Positions 59,329 through 64,000 of a stretch of 64,000 nucleotides of DNA are shown here, piece by piece. Origin of the DNA: Camelus dromedarius. Its lineage: Eukaryota. Under the pieces are notes generated by a model. That model saw only the letters and a program-made list of their open reading frames with translations. It was not told the origin of the DNA and did no database searches. Positions within the stretch are counted from its first letter, which is position 1; each line of letters opens with the position of its first letter. The stretch is from NCBI RefSeq assembly GCF_036321535.1, contig NC_087436.1, positions 84,694,001-84,758,000 on the forward strand, read 5' to 3'. Made by a program: the position numbers and the translations under genes.

Positions 59329-62300
59329 CTAGAATCAGTAGACAAAAACAAATGGTATTACATTTGGTAGAAATAATTTTTTTAAAGTGAAAGATCTTAA
59401 AAATATTTTTCTTATTTTTAAAGTTTTAAAATTTATTTTAAAGCACTTCCAGTATAATCAATGGCATTATATGTTATATACACATTATTCCTTTTTGTCT
59501 ACCATTCTTTAAAATGGCTCCATTTTCCTAAAAATAATGTAGTGTAAATATCAAATTAATTGTATACTTTTTCCCTAGAGGCTTCCTGATAGTTTTAAAG
59601 TTCTTCTCAGTTTCCTAATATCAACCCTCTTTCTCTTAAAATCTATTTCTGATAGTCAACGCAAAGGAAAAATCCTGTTTTTATAGAATGGCCTGGCACT
59701 TCAAGATCCTGACCATCTTGATCAGTGAACTTTTAATTCTTCTTCCTATTTTGACTTTTTGATAGGTGGTCAACTGGAAGTCACAGTAAACAAGAAACAG
59801 GCATTTATTGTAGTGCAATGAGGATTTAAAACTAAAGACTGGTTTCAGGGAGCAAAACAAAGAACATACAGCAGAAATAAAGACAATTTCAGATGAATCT
59901 CTTACTGATCAGTAAGATTTTTTTTTTCAGAAGTAACAAGAATTTGCTTTCATGTCATCTAGGGTCTTTGGATGCTTATAGCCCTGGCCTAGGAATTCTT
60001 AGCCCTGCCTTGCTGGAAATACATGACTATTACCTTAGGCATACATTGGGAGCATCCACAGGTTCCTCTTAGGGTTTGTTTGAAGGTAAGATGGAAGATG
60101 ATACCAAAGGTGGCTTAGCCTAACAAGGAGGAGGTTGGATTCTGAAACCACTAGTGAAATGGGACATCTCCCAGAGAAATGAAGACGTTTTACTTGCAAT
60201 ATTGAGATATTCTGAAATACAAAAGACATGACCCTGATTGATCTAACAGCAAATGAATGATGGATGACCTAGAGGCAGGGAGGAAATTCAAGGTGAGACT
60301 GACTTCTCTAGAATTTCACAACCAAATAGATCCAGGTCAGAAAGACACTAGGTTCAAGCAGTTTCACTTCATAAAATTATCTATAAAGTCCAGGTGACTC
60401 ACTGTATTCAAGCTGTTTGTAAAAGCTACAGCTATTGCTCTGAAGGATATAGCTAGAGAGAGTGGAGAAAGAAGAAAGTGTATATTCATTGTATTGATAC
60501 TTAATAAACAAAGGCTCATTATTCCTAGAACAGTTCTATAATCAGAATTATTATCTCAATTTTATAGAAGCAAATAACTAATAACTTGTCCGAAGTGGTA
60601 AAGCTATTAAGGCAAAGAAAATACGCAAATCCAGGTTATCATTGTTTTTCTACTACATCACATTGCCTTCTGTGAAGAACACAGAGTATCCTCTATGTGG
60701 AAGGGAAAATGTCTGTCAGTAAGCTGTATTGAATCCTTTCAAAAACAGAACAGCTCCCAGAGTTCCTAAAGAAGAACACTGAGTAGTTGGCAGTGCTTGA
60801 AATCCTAAGTAGAAATGTAAAAGATCTTTTTACATCTAAGTTCATTAGCAGGGTTAATTGCTGATGAAAGTAGGGTTGATAAACGAAGGCAGGATAACAT
60901 CTTGATTGATTATATATATAAAGGAGGCCCTTAAGTGAGTCATAAAAATAGCTTTGCTTTTTCATGTTCTAATGTTGACAGGGAAGGGGATAAATGAGAC
61001 TCTATATCGACCTTGGAGGTAACTTTCTGACAGAAGTATTGCTGCTAAGATAAAGGCCTCCTTAATGAAAGAATTGAGGTATAAAGTTCATAGGAAAGAA
61101 TACTTGAGTGACTATTATTTTTTTTTTATCATCATGGTGTTTGGAAAGGAAAATCTGAGAATCTTTTGAGAACTAAGTTGCTGGGAAAATGAGCTAACTT
61201 CTTAGTTTCGAAAGTGCTATAAACAAAGCAAAGGGAAGTGATGACTTCCTACCAAAAGTGAAGCAATAAAACTTAACTTAGAATCAAAGCTCTAGTTCTC
61301 TACTTACCAGCCATGTGGATGGATAGGACCATTTATCTGAGATTCAAATTCCTCAGTTACATTACAGTACATGGAGATATACATGTTTTCATTTTAGGGG
61401 TCAAAAGTATTTACTTCCCTTCATGATAGAGTATATTTTAAGAAAGACAGCATCTTAAAGGGTCCTTTATTCATAAGAAGTGTTCAAGATCTAAAATGGA
61501 GCTGAAGCTCCATCTAAGAGAGGTAGGTTTTGGATTTTAATGGCATAGTAGAAAAAAGAGAGACTGAAATGGTACCCCTGTTTTATTTCAGATGTCTCCA
61601 AGAGTCTATAGTTATGACCCACCAGTAACTGAGAAAGGCTGCTATTAAGTATCATCTCTTGATGACCTAAGAGGGGAAAAGGGATCAGGACTGGTTTTTC
61701 TTTTACATTTCTGCGAAGGGATGATGATTTGTATCCAGTAGTCCTTCTAAGTCCAGCTCCATGAGCTCAGCTGCCCTCACTTAGGGCCCTGGCTCCTCTT
61801 CCTGTCTTGGTAGAAAAAAATGTTAGGCATGCCCAGAAGATAATTAGTGCAGGCACCCCAAGGAATCTATGAGCAGCCTTCTTTCTCTTATCTAAAATGG
61901 TTCTCAATTCTCTTTAACAAATAAATACTTCTCAAGGGAGACCAGTTATACTTGCTTTTCTGAATACACAAACACACCCTACTATAATAACTGATACCTA
62001 TTACCATACAAATAACTCTAACTACAGCTTATGGGCTCTTTCCATGAAAATCTGCTAATGCTTTTTTTTTTTTTTGAATCCTGGATAAGTCATATAACTC
62101 TTTAGTTTTAAAGAAGACACACAGAATAACTAAAGACTAAGGTGAAATGCAAACAGACTGAGGGTATTTTCAGCTGCAGGAATCCAAATGTTTAGAGCCT
62201 CATGGCTAGCAATGGTGAGGATGAAGGCTATTGTCCTCTGTTGTTGCATCAAAAAACCAAAGATCCTCTATTTAGACAATTAGAGACTGTGCTTGATATA

Positions 62301-63709
62301 GAAAAGACTGCTTGGTGGCACTGAAATTTAATGAAAAATGCCTGACTCAGGAAGGGAAAGAGAAGATGGGCCTACCAGGTGGATGGAAAGAAGATATGCT
62401 TCATCTATCTGAGTTATCAGCTTCTTAAATGTCTTCATGTCAAGGGAAACAGAACTTGATGTGATTAAAGTGGCAGTAAGATCTTTATTAACCATATCAC
62501 AAGTGGCATGAGGTTTGGATAAGATGACTTTATTTCCATAGAATTCTTGGTATTATATTTGTATTGGTTTCAGGATTTAGACTCGATAGCTTAATTCATG
62601 GTTCTACCAATGTATATTGACACAGAGAATATGACTGACACACTTTCCTTAGAGACAAGTCAGATTTGTCTGTCAGAGAAAAGCAAAGTTATAGAATCCT
62701 GCAATTCCCCCAGTTTATACAAGATAAAGAGAAAATTTCTCACAATCCTTCCCTATAACACAATGACTGAACTACTCCTAGGTGAGGGAAGAAGCAGACT
62801 GTAAGTAAGAGAAAATGGTATTAGTCCAGCAAAGAAAAAGCCAAAGGAGCTGCAGGGTAGGGGATCCAAGAGAAGGCTGAAAGCTCTGCCTTCTAAGACT
62901 GGAAAGGGCCTCCTGCAATGGAAGGAAAGGGGAGCTGTAGCTATAGCCTGAACGAAAAAGCAAAGTAGATTAAACGCAGATTCAACCAGCTGGACACAAA
63001 AGGGAAACAGGTATACTAGTAACTCTGGATGACAGAAATATACCATGCTATCTGTACTTTGGAGCTGAATATAGACATGAGCCAGAAGAAAAGAGGCCAT
63101 TCCACTTAGGTAGCTCTCCTTCACAGCATGTATTAGAAGAAGGAAAAAAAAAAGGGAAAAAGAAGCTTCTACCTTACACCTTCCTAAATAGTATTCCTTA
63201 ATTAAAAAGACACAACCAGTTCTTGGTATTATTACACTATTTGTTTTGATTTTCTGTAAGAAATGTTTCCTTAATCTGGTCTCTGTTCGCCAAGTTCATT
63301 GCCACTGTTTCAGTCTAGACACACTGTCTCCACTGTTTGCCATCAATCTCTTAAGACTCCAAATCCACCTTCTTATTTCTACCAGAGTTTACATCCTAAA
63401 AGGCATGCTACTCGTGTCACCCCCTTGGTTAAAAATTTGTTTGTTCTTCATGTTTATAAGGTAAAATCCAGACATTTTTGGTTATCATACCAAGTTCTTT
63501 ATAACCTGACTCCAACCTGTAGATATAGCCTACTTTGGCCATATTGACCTTCTTACCATTTTTCAGATACATCACCTTTTTAGATTCTGTATATAAATAT
63601 TCTGATTTTACATTTCTTTGAAAGAGGAACAAGAAGAGCAATGACACAGGTAGCAAAAAACTGTAATTTTCAGTAATTCAACACTATGGAGTACAAATGA
63701 TCAAAAGTA

Positions 63710-64000
63710 CAGGCATATCTTGGCAACATTGTAGGCTTGGTTCCAGACCATCACAGTAAAGTGAATACAGCAATAAAGCAAGTCACATGAATTTTCTGCT
63801 TTCTCAGGGCATATAAAAGTTATGCTTATACTATGCTGTAGTCTGTTAAGTGTTCAACAGTATTATGTCTAAAAAAATAATGTACATACCTTAACTAAAA
63901 AAACTTTATTTCTAAAAAAAGCCAACCATCATGAGCCTTCAGTGAGTTGTAGTAATAACGTGAAAGCTCACTGATCACGGGTCATCATAATAAACATGAT
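63710..64000. mobile_element. Internally deleted Tigger1 derivative (Tigger1a-like), truncated by the window end
   Basis: TA|caggcata TIR; ttccagacca...aataaagcaagtcaca...gagccttcag joined directly to tcactgatcac. Confidence 0.8.

Noticed and set aside
61815..61870. Gag zinc knuckle (C*AC...H) upstream of the putative Gypsy RT
   Set aside because: Spacing does not fit CX2CX4HX4C and it contains stops; too weak to use.
1..64000. CRISPR array, operon, defence system, rRNA or snRNA genes
   Set aside because: The sequence is intron-containing mammalian DNA, and I saw no regularly spaced repeat-spacer array or structural RNA signature.

Overview
This is eukaryotic (mammalian) genomic DNA, almost certainly camelid, because it carries about 12 copies of the tRNA-Ala-derived Vic-1-type SINE plus artiodactyl L1 3' tails. 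Two genes lie on the minus strand. (1) The 3' part of CEP135 (centriolar coiled-coil protein): ten GT-AG coding exons between 59328 and 48723 that splice into one open frame ending ...SPEHVN*, followed by a non-coding terminal exon at about 44082-42335. (2) A CpG-island promoter and non-coding first exon at about 31.1-31.3 kb, inferred from synteny to be CRACD (KIAA1211); bases 1-31112 would then be part of its long first intron. The rest is repeat-rich: a near-full-length decayed L1, many truncated L1s, MaLR, Tigger, hAT, MIR and L2 copies, and an LTR40-type class III ERV. I found no evidence of a new multi-gene system, CRISPR array or true RNA gene. The most interesting unexplained structure is: an env remnant plus Ser-type PBS and mismatched LTRs in the ERV; a possible Gypsy-like RT fossil in a CEP135 intron; terminal self-complementarity of the long SINE form; an L1 tail abutting a CEP135 splice acceptor; and a strong-Kozak uORF in the first exon. 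Gene and repeat-family names come from recalled sequences, not from searches.
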